NCBI RefSeq assembly: GCF_963921235.1
Contig: NC_086097.1
Coordinates: forward strand, 179,740,001-179,804,000
DNA length: 64,000 nt
From: Mobula hypostoma
Lineage: Eukaryota
Direction: 5' to 3'
Position numbers and translations under genes: made by a program. The notes beneath the pieces were generated by a model that searched no databases, was not told the origin of the DNA, and saw nothing but the letters and a program-made list of their open reading frames with translations. Shown in pieces: positions 51,578 to 64,000 of the stretch; position 1 is the stretch's first letter; every line of letters starts with the position of its first letter.

Positions 51578-53883
51578 CAATGGACAGGGGTTCTAGACTC
51601 AGCCACAATGCACTGGGTTTTTAGACTCAGCCCGAATGCACAGGGTTTTTAGACTCGGCCAAATGCACAGGGTTTTTAGTCTCGGCCAAATGCACAGGGT
51701 TTTAGACTCAGCCACAATGCGCAGGGATCTTAGACTCAGCCACAATGCACAGGGTTTTAGACTCGGCCCGAATGCACAGGGTTTTTAGACTCAGCCACAA
51801 TGCACAGGGTTTTTAGACTCGGCCCGAAAACACAGGGATTTTAGACTCAGCCACAATGCACAGGGTTTTTAGACTCAGCCACAATGCACAGGGTTTTTAG
51901 ACTCAGCCACAATGCACAGGGTTTTAGACTCGGCCCGAATGCACAGGGTTTTTAGACTCAGCCACAATGCACAGGGTTTTTAGACTCGGCCCGAAAACAC
52001 AGGGATTTTAGACTCAGCCACAATGCACAGGGTTTTTAGACTCAGCCACAATGCACAGGGTTTTTAGTCTCGGCCCGAATGTGTAGGGTTTTTAGTCTCG
52101 GCCCGAATGCACAGGGTTTTTAGACTCGGCCCGAAAACACAGGGTTTTTAGACTCGGCCCGAAAACACAGGGCTTTTAGACTCGGCCCGAATACACAGGG
52201 TTTTTAGTCTCGGCCAAATGCACAGGGTTTTTAGTCTCAGCCACAATGCACAGGGTTTTAGACTCGGCCCGAATGCACAGGGTTTTTAGACTCAGCCACA
52301 ATGCACAGGGTTTTTAGACTCGGCCCGAAAACACAGGGATTTTAGACTCAGCCACAATGCACAGGGTTTTTAGACTCAGCCACAATGCACAGGGTTTTTA
52401 GACTCGGCCCGAAAACACAGGGCTTTTAGACTCGGCCCGAATACACAGGGTTTTTAGTCTCGGCCAAATGCACAGGGTTTTTAGTCTCAGCCACAATGCG
52501 CAGGGATTTTAGACTCAGCCACAATGCGCAGGGTTTTTAGACTCGGCCCGAATGCACAGGGTTTTTAGACTCAGCCACAATGCACAGGGTTTTTAGACTC
52601 AGCCACAATGCACAGGGTTTTTAGACTCGGCCCGAATGCACAGGGTTATTAGACTCGGCCCGAATGCACAGGGTTATTAGACTCAGCTACAATGCGCAGG
52701 GTTTTTAGACTCGGCCCGAATGCGCAGGGTTTTTAGTCTCGGCCCGAATGCACAGGGTTTTTAGACTCGGCCCGAATGCACAGGGTTTTTAGACTCGGCC
52801 CGAATGCACAGGGTTTTTAGACTCGGCCCGAATGCACAGGGTTTTTAGTCTCGGCCCGAAGCACAGGGTTTTTAGTCTCGGCCCGAAGCACAGGGTTATT
52901 AGACTCAGCCCGAATGCGCAGGGTTTTTAGACTCAGCCCGAATGCGCAGGGTTTTTAGACTCGGCCCGAATGCGCAGGGTTTTTAGACTCGGCCCGAATG
53001 CGCAGGGTTTTTAGACTCGGCCCAAATGCCCACGGTTTTTAGACTCAGCCACAATGCACAGGGTTTTTAGACTCAGCCACAATGCACAGGGTTTTTAGAC
53101 TCAGCCACAATGCGCAGGGTTTTTAGACTCGGCCCGAATGCACAGGGTTATTAGACTCGGCCCGAATGCCCATGGTTTTTAGACTTGGCCCGAATGCACA
53201 GGGTTTTTAGTCTCGGCCCGAATGCACAGGGTTTTTAGACTTGGCCCGAATGCACAGGGTTTTTAGACTCGGCCCGAATGCACAGGGTTTTTAGTCTCGG
53301 CCCGAATGCACAGGGTTTTTAGACTTGGCCACAATGCGCAGGGTTTTTAGACTCAGCCACAATGCACAGGGTTTTTAGACTCAGCCCGAATTCACAGGGT
53401 TTTTAGACTCGGCCCGAATGCACAGGGTTTTTAGTCTCGGCCCGAATGCACAGGGTTTTTAGACTTGGCCACAATGCGCAGGGTTTTTAGACTCAGCCAC
53501 AATGCACAGGGTTTTTAGATTCAGCCCGAATTCACAGGGTTTTTAGACTCGGCCCGAATGCACAGGGTTTTTAGTCTCGGCCCGAATGCACAGGGTTTTT
53601 AGTCTCGGCCCGAATGCACAGGGTTTTTAGACTCAGCCACAATGCGCAGGGTTTTTAGACTCAGCCACAATGCACAGGGTTTTTAGTCTCAGCCCGAATG
53701 CACAGGGTTTTTAGACTCAGCCCGAATGCACAGGGTTTTTAGACTCAGCCACAATGCACAGGGTTTTTAGTCTCAGACCGAATGCACAGGGTTTTTAGAC
53801 TCGGCCCAAATGCACAGGGTTTTTAGTCTCGGCCCGAATGCACAGGGTTTTTAGACTCAGCCCAATGCACAGGGTTTTCAGAC
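51578..53883. repeat. 28-bp minisatellite, about 82 copies (AGACTCAGCCACAATGCACAGGGTTTTT and AGACTCGGCCCGAATG... variants)
   Basis: Period of 28 read directly (e.g. 51843, 51871); no unique spacers. Confidence 0.97.
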
Positions 53884-55393
53884 ACAGATGTCCACCCATC
53901 TGTCATCACATTTCCAAACAGTCCATGAGCCCAATAACACTACCTCGCTATTCCTCTTCTGCACTATTTACATATTTACTTTTTATAACTTATAGAGATT
54001 TTATGTCTTGCACTGTACTGTTGCCACAAAACAACTAAGACTCTGGAACGGGTACACAATATCATCACAGATTCCATAATCTATGCATCATCCCCTATAA
54101 TTTGCAATGCGATGTCACCAGCTGCTAAATTTCCCCTCTCCTGCTCCCTAAGCATTCTGGTGGAACTGATACCGTTAAGGTGCACTCAGAAGAGTTGAAA
54201 CCAAATAAAAATAGTCTAAGAAATTTGAGATTAGTCCACGAGATTTGAGACTACCACCAATAAACGTGTAAGCTATGAATCAGCCACAGAGGGACACAGG
54301 AGATGCCACAAATGCCAGCTTTATATTGATTAAAACAATGACAGTAATAGGCAGATTGGGCCTGCATGTGCATAACCAACAATAAAAATGTCGAGCCAAT
54401 GACTTATTACGTCAAGAAGAGGAACATAAGTTATTTGAGACAGTTTATATATTTTATGATTTGCTGATAAATCCACTGACTTTACAAGTCAGAGATAAAG
54501 AATAAGGTACAATTGTGGAGGGACAAAAGATTCCACGGATGCTGGAAATCCTGAGCAATCCACACAAAATGCTGGATCAGACAGCATCTATGGAAGGAAA
54601 CGAATGGTCAAGGTTTCAGGCCAAGCTCTCGACTGTTCACTTCCCTCCAGAGATGTTGCCTGACTTACTGAATTCCTCCAGCATTTTGTGTGTGTTGCTC
54701 AGGCACTTGATAGAATTGGGAGTACGGTGTACAGTTTGTCATCCTGTTATAGGAAAGAGGTGGTTAAACACGTTGCCAGGATTAGAGGGCCTGAGTTAGA
54801 GGGAGAAGATGCCTGGCTAGATCTTAATTCTTTCGAGAATGAGAGGCAACCTTCTAGAAGTGTTTAAAATTTTAAGAGGCACAGATAAGGTAGCAGTCTT
54901 CCTCCAGGTTATGGGAGTCAGAGACAGAGAACTTAAAAGGGACCTGAGGAGCATGTTTTTCCACACAGAGGGTGGTGAGTATATCTCATGAGCTGCCAGA
55001 GGAAGTAGTAGGACAGGTACAGAGAGGGACAGGACATTAATGGATATGGGCTGAAGGTAGGAAACTGGGACTAGCTGGGTCAGCATGGGATCGGCATGAA
55101 CTGGTTGGGCCACAGGGCCTGTACACATGCTGTATTGCTCTATGACTATCAACAACACAGCAAGTTGTATTCAAGAAGAATGAACTGCTCCTCTTTTACA
55201 CATTTGAAGAAAACTTCTTGGTATGGTTAAGAATCAGGCACAGTGGAATTTTAAACAACTTATGAAGGCAAACCATTCAATTAGCAAAGGACACACTACT
55301 TTTAAACAAAACACAAGCAACATCAAAAGATATTTTAAACCAGCTGGGTGCACATCGCAAAGAAGGTGAACTTCAGTTTTGGGTAGGTCTTAC

Positions 55394-55624
55394 CTGACAG
55401 GAGTCACCTGAGTAGTTGGGGGGACAGGTGCACACTTCCACATTGGTGGCTGGGTTTCCTGTCCCAGAGAGAGAGGCTTCCTCCAGTTGCACAGATCCAA
55501 GTGAGAGGCGCTGCGTCTGAGAGAAGTACAGAGCTCGGATCTGAAGACCTTCCAGGTTGCTGAGCAACAGCATGAAGTTCTCCCTGGACACTGGGGTGTT
55601 GATCACAGCATGCTTGAAATTATC
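55394..55624 (-). CDS. LAMA3: LAMA3 exon, end of L4b and start of LE (DNFKHAVINTPVSRE...VEVCTCPPNYSGDSCQ), 231 nt; last alpha3B-specific exon
   Basis: Acceptor ctacAG, donor CAG|GTAAGA; VE.C.CPP.Y.GDSCQ laminin motif. Confidence 0.95.
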
Positions 55625-56683
55625 CTGTAGACATAACAGACAAACCCCGATTCACTCATGGTTCAACTGCAAGTAGTTTCAGCTGGTTTCACATGAAGTT
55701 TTTTTTACAATGTTGATATTAGGACTGAAATGCTAAAATTGACAGGCTGAGGTTTTCTCCTCTGGAGCAAAGAAGGCCTGAGGAGCGTTGGAAGTAAGAA
55801 GGAACCTAATACATCCCTTCTCATCATCGGTAAGTATCTACAGGAGGTGCTGCCACAAAAAGTCAACATCCATCACCAAAGATCCCCACCGGATCTGGGC
55901 CATCTTCTCACAGCCACCATCAGGCAGGAGGTACAGAAGCCTGATGTTCCACACCACCAGCTTCAGGTAGAGTTGGAGTTTATACAGAGTGTGGGATTGG
56001 GATCCCACGGAGCATATATGGAATGGAGTGCGAGTGGAAATGAAGCCCTGGTGAGTTAAAAAAGCAAATGCAGGAAACCTGAACTGGTGAACCAGAGGTC
56101 AATCCATCAGGAGTTTTGAACAATCAGATTGGTAATTGCTTATTGATTATTTTATTATGGTGTTTTGAGAAAGATTGGATGTTATGGGAATCAAAGAACA
56201 TGGGGTTGATGGAGGAACATCTCACTGAGGTAGATCTTATTGAGTGGATCAGCAGCTATGAAGGGCTGAATGGCCTACACCTGTCCATTCTAGTGTGTGC
56301 TGAGAAAGGGAAAGGAGCTGAGGTCAACTTCAGGATGTGTCAGAGAGAATGGAGTTGCAGAGAAGGAGTGGGGGGAAATGTAAGAGAGACACCCAGAGGC
56401 TGGACAGCCTGGTCCCAGACTCAACCTTTGCAAGGTGGTGGCCAATTACATGAGTATCATCAGTAAGTCACAAGAACAATAGAAAATACGAGCAGGAGTA
56501 CACCACTCTGTCCTTCAAACCTGCCCTAAGCCTTATTTCCTTTTCTATGCTGCTTCCCCATCACCATCAAATCCTTGACATTCCAAATATTTGTCCATCT
56601 CCACAACTATATTAATGATCTGGCCTCCATCACCCTCAGGGCAGAGAATCACTCTCCCTGACAGAAGAACTTTCTATGTACCT

Positions 56684-57402
56684 TGTTAGGGAGTATTCTT
56701 GAGTTATGGAGTAAGCAGATACTAAATCAAACAAGAACCAGTCTTCAGTTCTGGATGTAAATTGTAAATTGCATTCAGTAAATTGAAGCTGAAAGCACAG
56801 ACTGGCCCATTGACTAAGAGATATAGTTTACAAAATGGTGACCATGAGACGTTCACAAATGCATCAGCCAACTGTTACGACAATGGGTTTGTGTTAACTG
56901 GCATACATCAAACCAGGGAACATGGCTAAGTTATTTGCACCACTGTGACTTGAGTTCAAGCTAGCAGTCCAAAATGATATTGTCAATTATGATATCAAGC
57001 ATAGTCACAGGTATAGATGTAATCAATAGCTGCTCTATTGTGTATTCAGACAGTTGGTTCCCACAAACACTAATCTTGGGTATTTGGCTCTGCCTTCAGA
57101 AGTTTTTAGAATACTTGTGTAAATTAGTTTCAGCAGGGACGTTTGAAAACTCAGAGTGTCTCCCACTGTAGATATGTAATTTAAAGGAAGTACTGTCAAA
57201 ATATTGAAGTAAATGATGTCGTTACAATTATTAAAACTGTATTGAATCACCTACTGTTATCTTTGATCTTAGGGTATAAAAATGTGATTTATTTTGACGG
57301 GGTGGGACTCTACCAAGAGAATGCCAGCTCGTCATGATGAATAAAGACTTTCTACATCACCAGCTTCAGTGACTTCTGGTGACTTTGATCACAATCCCAA
57401 CA
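56684..57402 (+). mobile_element. Solo LTR (719 bp), antisense to LAMA3
   Basis: TGTTAGGGA...TCCCAACA termini; flanks TACCT/CATCT (each one change from CACCT); TATAAAA 57275-57281; AATAAA 57340-57345; splits a CR1 3' fragment. Confidence 0.8.
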
Positions 57403-57510
57403 CATCTCAGTTCTAAATTACAGCCCCCCCCGCCCCCCATTTTTTAAATTATGTTCCCTTGTTCATGAATCTCCCACTGGTGGAAACAAAACATCTACCC
57501 CTTACACCAT

Positions 57511-58045
57511 TAGACCATAAGACATAGGAGCAGAATTAGGCTATTCAGCCCAGTGAGTCTACTCTGCCATTCTATCATGGCTGATTTATTATATCTCTCA
57601 ACCGCATTCTCCTGCCATCTCCTTGCAACCCTTGACACCTTTACTAATCAAGAACCTATCAAGCTCCACTCATACCCAAAGACTTGATCTCCACAGTCAT
57701 CTATGGCAATGTATTCTACAGATTCACCACCCTCTGGCTAAAGAAATTCCACCTCATCTCTGTTCTAAAGGGACATCCTTCTATTCTGAGGTTGTGCCTT
57801 CTGGTAGATTCTCCACTCCAACATCCTTTCTGCATCCACTCTATCCAGGTCTTTCAATATTAACGAGATTCCCACTGGTTCTTCTGAACACCAGTGAGTA
57901 TAGGCCCAGAGCTATCAAACACTCTTTGCATGTTAACACTTTCATTCCTGGGATCATTCTCATGAATCTCCTCTGGACCCTCTCCAATGCCAGCACATCC
58001 TTTCTTAGATAAGGGGCCCAAGATTGCTCACAATACTCCAAGTAC
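57511..58045 (-). mobile_element. CR1 LINE 3' fragment
   Basis: LEYCEQSWAPYLRKDVLALERVQRRFMRMIPG and a TCTTATGGTCT tail. Confidence 0.88.
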
Positions 58046-58059
58046 TTAAAATTCATCCA

Positions 58060-58290
58060 TATGTTTATGGATCACTCCAAGCCCGGCTGTGAAAGGAGGA
58101 AGCTTGGACATGGGTCTAGCAACCCCATCCTATAAAACCCCAGAGCTACAGAAATGCCAGCAGAAGCTGGGAGAGGGAAGATTTTCAATCATGTATACAG
58201 CTGGGAACTACTTGAAAGACTGGCTCAGAGTAGAAGACTCTGGCGATCTGCTGACATTGGCCTATGCCCTAAGTGATTGGCTTAACCTAT
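58060..58290 (+). mobile_element. Probable short RTE-derived deletion derivative (5'UTR motif joined to 3' end)
   Basis: AAGCCCGG..AAAGGAGG..CTAGCAACCCCATCCTATAAAA followed by GGCCTATGCCC..GGCTTAA (recall only). Confidence 0.4.
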
Positions 58291-58587
58291 GTTCAAATAA
58301 GGTTCCTCTCATTCTTCTAAACCCCCAGGAAAACATATCCATATTGTCCAGTCTCTCTCGAAAGGCCAACCCATTCAGGCCTGCAGTTATCGTGGTGAAT
58401 CTCCTCTGTTCTGCTTCCATTACTAGTATTCTCAGAATGGCCTCCCACACATCCTGTACAACTGGAACTAAATCTCCCTGTCCTTAAAATATAGTCCCTT
58501 CATAGTACAGACCAGCTCATTCATGTACTGAAACATCTAGATCTCCTCCAATTAATAAACATAACATAACCAGTTATCCACACTTAC

Positions 58588-58671
58588 CTCCAGAAGCTGC
58601 ACCCGTCCCTGATAAACTCGATCCGGGGCTGGGCTCTTTGGATCAAAGTAGACAACAGTCATCTGTTCACC
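58588..58671 (-). CDS. LAMA3: LAMA3 exon, L4b (GEQMTVVYFDPKSPAPDRVYQGRVQLLE), 84 nt
   Basis: Acceptor cttttcaAG, donor GAG|GTAAGT; in frame with neighbours. Confidence 0.92.
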
Positions 58672-60081
58672 CTTGAAAAGAAAATATCTCCATTTACCAG
58701 GCCAAACAACTCTTTCTCTCCTGACAATCAATACATATTGCTTGTTAATGCTCAGTTTCAGGACACCATACACATCTCTCCAGCGATTCTCAGCTCCGCA
58801 GATATGAAGGGAACCAGAACTCCTGAAGCTCTGAATTTTCACCTCCACAATGCGTGATGGTGGGGATTTTGTACGAGGATTTTCTCTGGACCTCAGTGAG
58901 GTCATCAGTGCCGTGCAGGGTAGTTCATTACTTTTCCAAGCTTGAAATGTAACTAACAGCTACAGATTCTCATGGTAACTTCAGCACTGTGCTCTCCGCA
59001 GTGAGGTGGAGAAAAGCTCTTCTCCATCTTGGTCAGAGTCACATAGCACAGCATCAGGCTCTTTGGCCTACCATGTTCACACCAACTCGTTTGGCTATCT
59101 ATACTAGTGTGGCACAGAAACAGACTCCTTGACCCACCACATCCATGCTAACTGCCTGGTACCCTAAGTCAGCACCTGGTCTGTTGTTTTCCATGTCCTG
59201 TTGATTCAAATGTCTGTCTGAATATTCCTTAAATGTGACATTCTGTTCTTCCACCATCTTCTCAGACCAGACTGTCTGTTCCTGATTCTAAGTATCCTCT
59301 GGATGAGAAAATTCTTCTGTTGATCCCCTCTCACCACCTCCAACCCTCTAATCTTCACCCTGAACCCATGCTGTCCAGTTTCAGACATTCTGCCGTGGAG
59401 AGAAGTTTCCTGCTGTCCTCTCAGTCTATGCCCCTTATAATTTGTTGAAGTCTATCAGGCTCCTCCTCGGCCTCCTTCACTATAAAAGGAATACAAGCCC
59501 AGAATCTCCTGTCTCTCCTCATAACTGAAACATTCCATACCAGGAATCAGCCTGGTGAACCTCCTCTGCACCGTCTTCAAAGGAACCACCTTCTCCAACA
59601 GTGTAGTGAGCCTGGTTACTTCCTCATAGCTCCAGAGACCTGAGTGTTTGTGGACATTAGCTGGTCCCTGTAAAAAGCCCTTGGTCCAACTCATTCATTC
59701 TAAGATGCTTTCCTGAGCTGTTCTCATTTGCCTGTGTTTAACCCACCTCCCTCTAATAGGTGAGGGCTAAGCACTGGGGGGAGTTGATAAGCATGTGCGA
59801 AGAGTAAAACAGGACTGAGGCAGAATTGGTGTAAAATGGGTGGTTGGTGTGGACTCAGTGGACCAAAGGGCATGTTTCTCTGACTCCACTTCTCTTCCGT
59901 ATATCAAATCTTCCCTGAGATTTAACCTGGGTCCTGTGTAGATGAACCTGTAGTCCTGAGCCTGGCTATTCACTGCTTAAGACCTAAAAACCATGAAAGA
60001 TACACCATATCTCCTCTATGCTCTGAACGTTGATGAGGGTCCATCCCCAACGTTCTATTTTATTGAATGAGTTGTACTTAC

Positions 60082-60183
60082 TCTCAGTTGGATATCTGCT
60101 CTTTTGTTGAGTAAAGTCATCCCTTCACTTGGTAAGCCAAATGATTTGATTTGGTAGGACAGGAAGCCTCCATATGACGAGAG
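60082..60183 (-). CDS. LAMA3: LAMA3 exon, L4b (LSSYGGFLSYQIKSFGLPSEGMTLLNKRADIQLR), 102 nt
   Basis: Acceptor ttttgcAG, donor AGA|GTAAGT; SSYGG.L.Y motif. Confidence 0.93.
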
Positions 60184-62358
60184 CTGCAAAACAAGAGATA
60201 TGATGAAGTCAGTAGAATGAACTGGGGGGGGGCAAAGGGATCTGACACAAATCCTCGAAATCAATGGTACTGAACAGGTTTTCGAGTGATGGAGTAATAC
60301 AGCATGTAAGCGGGCCCTTTCCGTTCATGCTAACCAAATAGCTTATTTGAACTAGTCCCATATGCCTACGTTTGACCCATATCCCTCCATCTTTCCTATC
60401 CATGAACCTGTCCAAAAGTCTTATGAATGTTGTTATTGTACCTTCCTCTCCCACTTCATTCCATAAACCCACCACCCTCTGAGTAAATGCCTTGCCCCTC
60501 AGGTCCCTTTTTAAATATTTCTCATCTCACCTTAAACCTGTGCCCCCCTAGCTTTAAACTCCCCTACTGTGTGGGGGAGAAAAACAATCCACCTGATCTG
60601 TGCCCCTCATGATCTTATAAACTTCTCTCAGGTCATCCCTCTGCCTCCAGAGAGAAAAGTCCCAGCCCATCCATAATCTTCTCATAACTCAAGACCCCCA
60701 GTCTCAACAACATAGCCTAGTGACTCCAAAGCAAAAGACTACGGATGGTCACAGTCCAAAATAAAACAGAAAATGTTGGAAACACTTGGCAGGCTTGTCG
60801 CATCAGTGAAGTCACTTAAATACAGAAGGTAGAGCAGTACAGCACCGAGTATGCTCTTTAGCCCACAATGCCAAATTAAAGGAAATTTCTTCTGCCTGCA
60901 CATGATCCATATCCCTCCATCCCTGCATTTTCATGTGTTGGTCAAACAGCCTCTTAAATGCCACTTTCGCATCTGCTTCCACCACCACCCCTGGCAGCCT
61001 ATTTCAGACACCCACCACTCTGTGTAAAACTTGTCTTGCACATGTCCTTTAAACTTTCCCACCTCTCACCTTAAATACGTGTCCTGTAGTAGTTGACATT
61101 TCTACTCTGGGATAAATATTCTATCTATCTATCTCATCTTTGCCTCCCATAATTATACAGAATAAACCTTCATTATTTCTCCCCTCAGCCTCTGATGCTC
61201 CAGAGAAAACAGTCTGTCAAACCTGTTCTTATAGCCCATACTCTTTAATCAAGACAATATCCTGGTGAACCCTTTCTGTACCCTCGACAAAACCTTGATA
61301 TCCTTCTTATAATGAGGTTCTCAAATGTGAATGCAATACTCTAAGAAGTGTAGCCCAGCCCAACCACAGTTGCAATATACTCTGTGCTCCAACCAATGAA
61401 GGCAAGCACTGCATATGATATTTCTATCACCCTATCTATTTGTGTGGTCAATTTCACGGAGCTAAGGACATCACAGTTAATACTTACTCTCTCCTTCATT
61501 TTCTTCTATTTACTCCCCCTTCAGGCAGACAGATTCTGATCGATAATCCTTCACTCCACCCTCTCTCCCTCAGCCCAGACCACCACCAATGTTCCATTAA
61601 GTCTCCCCAAGTCCCATCCAATCAAAGTCATTCCCTTTGATCTCCTCTGCTGTCCCCCTGCTATGCTTTTTAAGACAAGCTTGTGTTCCAATATTTCCTA
61701 CTTCTGACGAAGGGCTATTGACCTGGAATGTCAGCCCTGCTCCTCTTTCTGCAGATGCTGCCTGATCTGCAAAGCATTTCCTGCAGTTTCTGATATTAGT
61801 TCCAGTGACTGGTTGTTTGCGCTAGTCAACATGATAGAAAATAAAGGTGGCTCATTTAATAAATTTGCAGAGCTCTTGGTACAAGCGCTAGTTCTCACAA
61901 TCTAATCTGAAGTTCAGTTTCTACAACATAGCATGGTAGGGTGGAAAGGTGAACCACCAAACAGCAGAGCTTTAGTGAAAGGGGAAAAAATTAAAGGGAA
62001 TTGACATGGCAAAGCATTTTTCGTTTATTAATTTATTTACACAGAGAGTGGTAGGTGCCCAGGGCAGATGGTGGAAGCAGATAAAATATCAACATTTAAG
62101 AGGAATTCAGACAGGTACATGAACAGCAGGGTATTGATGGATATTGTCCAAGGACAGTCATATGAGATTAGTTTAACTTGGCATTGTGCTTGACACAGAC
62201 ATGTTGGTTTCTGTTCAATGTTCTATCATATTAAAACAAAATTTGGCAATTGTTTTAAAAAGGATTTGGAAGGGTAGAGGGGATCGCAGCCAGATGGTTA
62301 AAGAGAAGTAAGGCCTGATTCTTGAAGGATGGATCTCTGCACTGTGGCATTTCCTCAC

Positions 62359-62520
62359 CTTGTCTCCCAGGTAGGACTCTGGAGCTGCCCAGTGTAAATC
62401 ACGGATCACATCAGGTAGTTCTTGGACATCAGCCACCACCGTGTTGCTTCGTCGGTTATAGACAACCGGAATCTTCTGCTTATTCACCGTGAATAATTTC
62501 CACTCCTTCATTTTCATGTG
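62359..62520 (-). CDS. LAMA3: LAMA3 exon, L4b domain (HMKMKEWKLF...WAAPESYLGDK), 162 nt, phase 0-0
   Basis: Acceptor ttctacacAG, donor AAG|GTGAG; W..P.SYLGDK laminin IV-domain motif. Confidence 0.92.
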
Positions 62521-62683
62521 CTGTGTAGAAGTACAGACATAAAATAATAACACCGTTTTCACTGGTGGGAGAGTCTGGGCCAAGGGGACATAGTTACCAG
62601 ATACGATCACTGTGTCTAAGAGGCATTTAGATAGACACTTAAATAGAAGGATATGAGAAAAAGCATGCCAGTGTTTTTACTTT

Positions 62684-64000
62684 CCATAAGACTAAGGAGA
62701 AGAAATAGGCCATTCGGCCCATCGAGTCTGCTCCATGATTTCATCATGGCTGATCCATTCTCCCTCTCAACTCCATTCTCTTGCCTTCTCTCCGCAACCT
62801 TTCATGCCTTGATCAATATAGAACCTATCAGCTTCTGCCTTGAATGCACCCAGTGACTTGGCTTCCACAGTTGCCTGTGCCAATGAATTCCACAAACTCA
62901 CCACCCTCTGACTAAAGAAATACCTCCTCAAATTCCATTCTAAATAGTTGTCCCTCTATTCTGAGGCCATCCTAGACTCCACCCCCCCCAGAGAAAACGT
63001 CCTCTTCACATCCACTCTATTGAGGCCTTTCAATACTCGATAGGTTTTCATGAGATCCCCTCCCTCATTCTTCTGAATTCCAGTGACTATAGGCCCAGAG
63101 CCATCAAACATTCCGCATATGATAAGCCTTTCAATCCCAAAATAATTTTCATGAACCTCCTTTGAACCCTCTCCTCCAATGTCAGCACATCCTTTCTTAA
63201 AAAGGGGCCCAAAGCTGCTCACAAGACGTCAAGTGAGGCCTCACTAGTGACTTGTAAAGTCTTAGCATTATATCCCAGCTTTTATGTTATAGTGCTCTGG
63301 CAATGAATGCTAATATTGCATTTACCTTCTTTACCACCGACTCAATCTGCAAGTCAACCTTTAGAGAATCCCTCACAAGGACTCCCACCTCCCTTTGCAC
63401 CTCAGATTTTTGAGTTTTCTCCCCAATTAGAGAATAGACCACACTTTTATTCCTTTTACCAAACTGCATGACCATATACTTCCCAACACTGTATTCCATC
63501 TGCCACTTTTTCCACCCATTTTCCTGATCTGTTTAAGTCCTTCAGCAATCTCCCTGCTTCCTCAACACTACCCGCCTCTCCAGCTAACTTCATATCATCT
63601 GCAACTTGGCCACAAAACTATCAATTCTGTCATCCAAATCACTGACGTATTACATGAAGAGAAGTGGTCCCAACACCAACCCCTGTGGAACACCACTGGT
63701 CACTGGCAACCAACCAGAAAATGCTCCATCCTCCTGCCTCTTGCCAATCAGCCAATGCTCTATCTTTGCTGGTATCTTTCCTGTAATAACAGGGGTTCTT
63801 ATCTTGTTAAGCAGCCTCAATTGCACTTTGTCAAAGACCTTCTGAAAATCCAAGTACACTCCATACACTGATTCTCTTTTGTCTATCATGCTTATTATTT
63901 TCTCAAAGAATTCCAACAGATTTATCAGACGAGGTTTTCCCTTAAGGAAACCATGCCGACTTTGGCCTATTTTATCATATGCCTCCAAACACCCTGAAAC
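62684..64000 (-). mobile_element. CR1 LINE RT and 3' end fragment (continues past the window)
   Basis: HGFLKGK..NLLEFFE, YLDFQKVFDKV, VTSGVPQGLVLGPLLF; frameshifted. Confidence 0.92.

Larger units (their letters stand above)
564..62520 (-). other. LAMA3: Laminin subunit alpha-3 gene, internal portion (18 exons of the long alpha3B form plus an internal alpha3A first exon); continues beyond both window ends
   Basis: The exons splice into one open frame with consistent phases. The product reads L4b domain (YLGDK/LSSYGG...), then Cys-rich LE repeats, the short linker CTNEEPKD..CD, CDSC and a coiled coil. The short LE array and EPKD linker match alpha3 rather than alpha5. Confidence 0.93.

Noticed and set aside
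51578..53883. CRISPR-like or telomere-like array
   Set aside because: Units are contiguous with no unique spacers, there are no cas genes, the context is a eukaryotic intron, and there are no tandem TTAGGG runs
564..62520. LAMA5 assignment
   Set aside because: Only about 2.5 LE modules lie between L4b and the coiled coil, the EPKD linker exon is present, and there is an internal signal-peptide exon; all are alpha3 features

Overview
Eukaryotic, repeat-dense vertebrate DNA, probably from a cartilaginous fish (ray/skate), judged from the CR1, V-SINE and Penelope repeat mix. The window holds the middle of a laminin alpha-3 gene (LAMA3) on the minus strand. I reconstructed 18 phase-consistent exons (62520 down to 564) encoding the L4b (IV-B) domain, the LE repeats and the first part of the coiled coil. 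The ~26.7 kb intron at the L4b/LE junction contains an internal first exon (32170-32000). It encodes a signal peptide, ends in a phase-0 donor, and has a TATAAAAG box, a perfect AP-1 site and a p53/p63 half-site upstream, so it is a candidate LAMA3A short-isoform promoter. Other notable items: (1) short Penelope-derived inserts carrying minimal hammerhead-ribozyme cores, fold-back hairpins and 10-14 bp target duplications; (2) a 64-bp minisatellite that has amplified a real 5' splice site ten times; (3) a GC-AG intron; (4) an inverted pair of Harbinger derivatives; (5) a solo LTR; (6) a 2.3-kb 28-bp minisatellite born from a LINE. Comparisons to human LAMA3 and to repeat families are from recall and need alignment.
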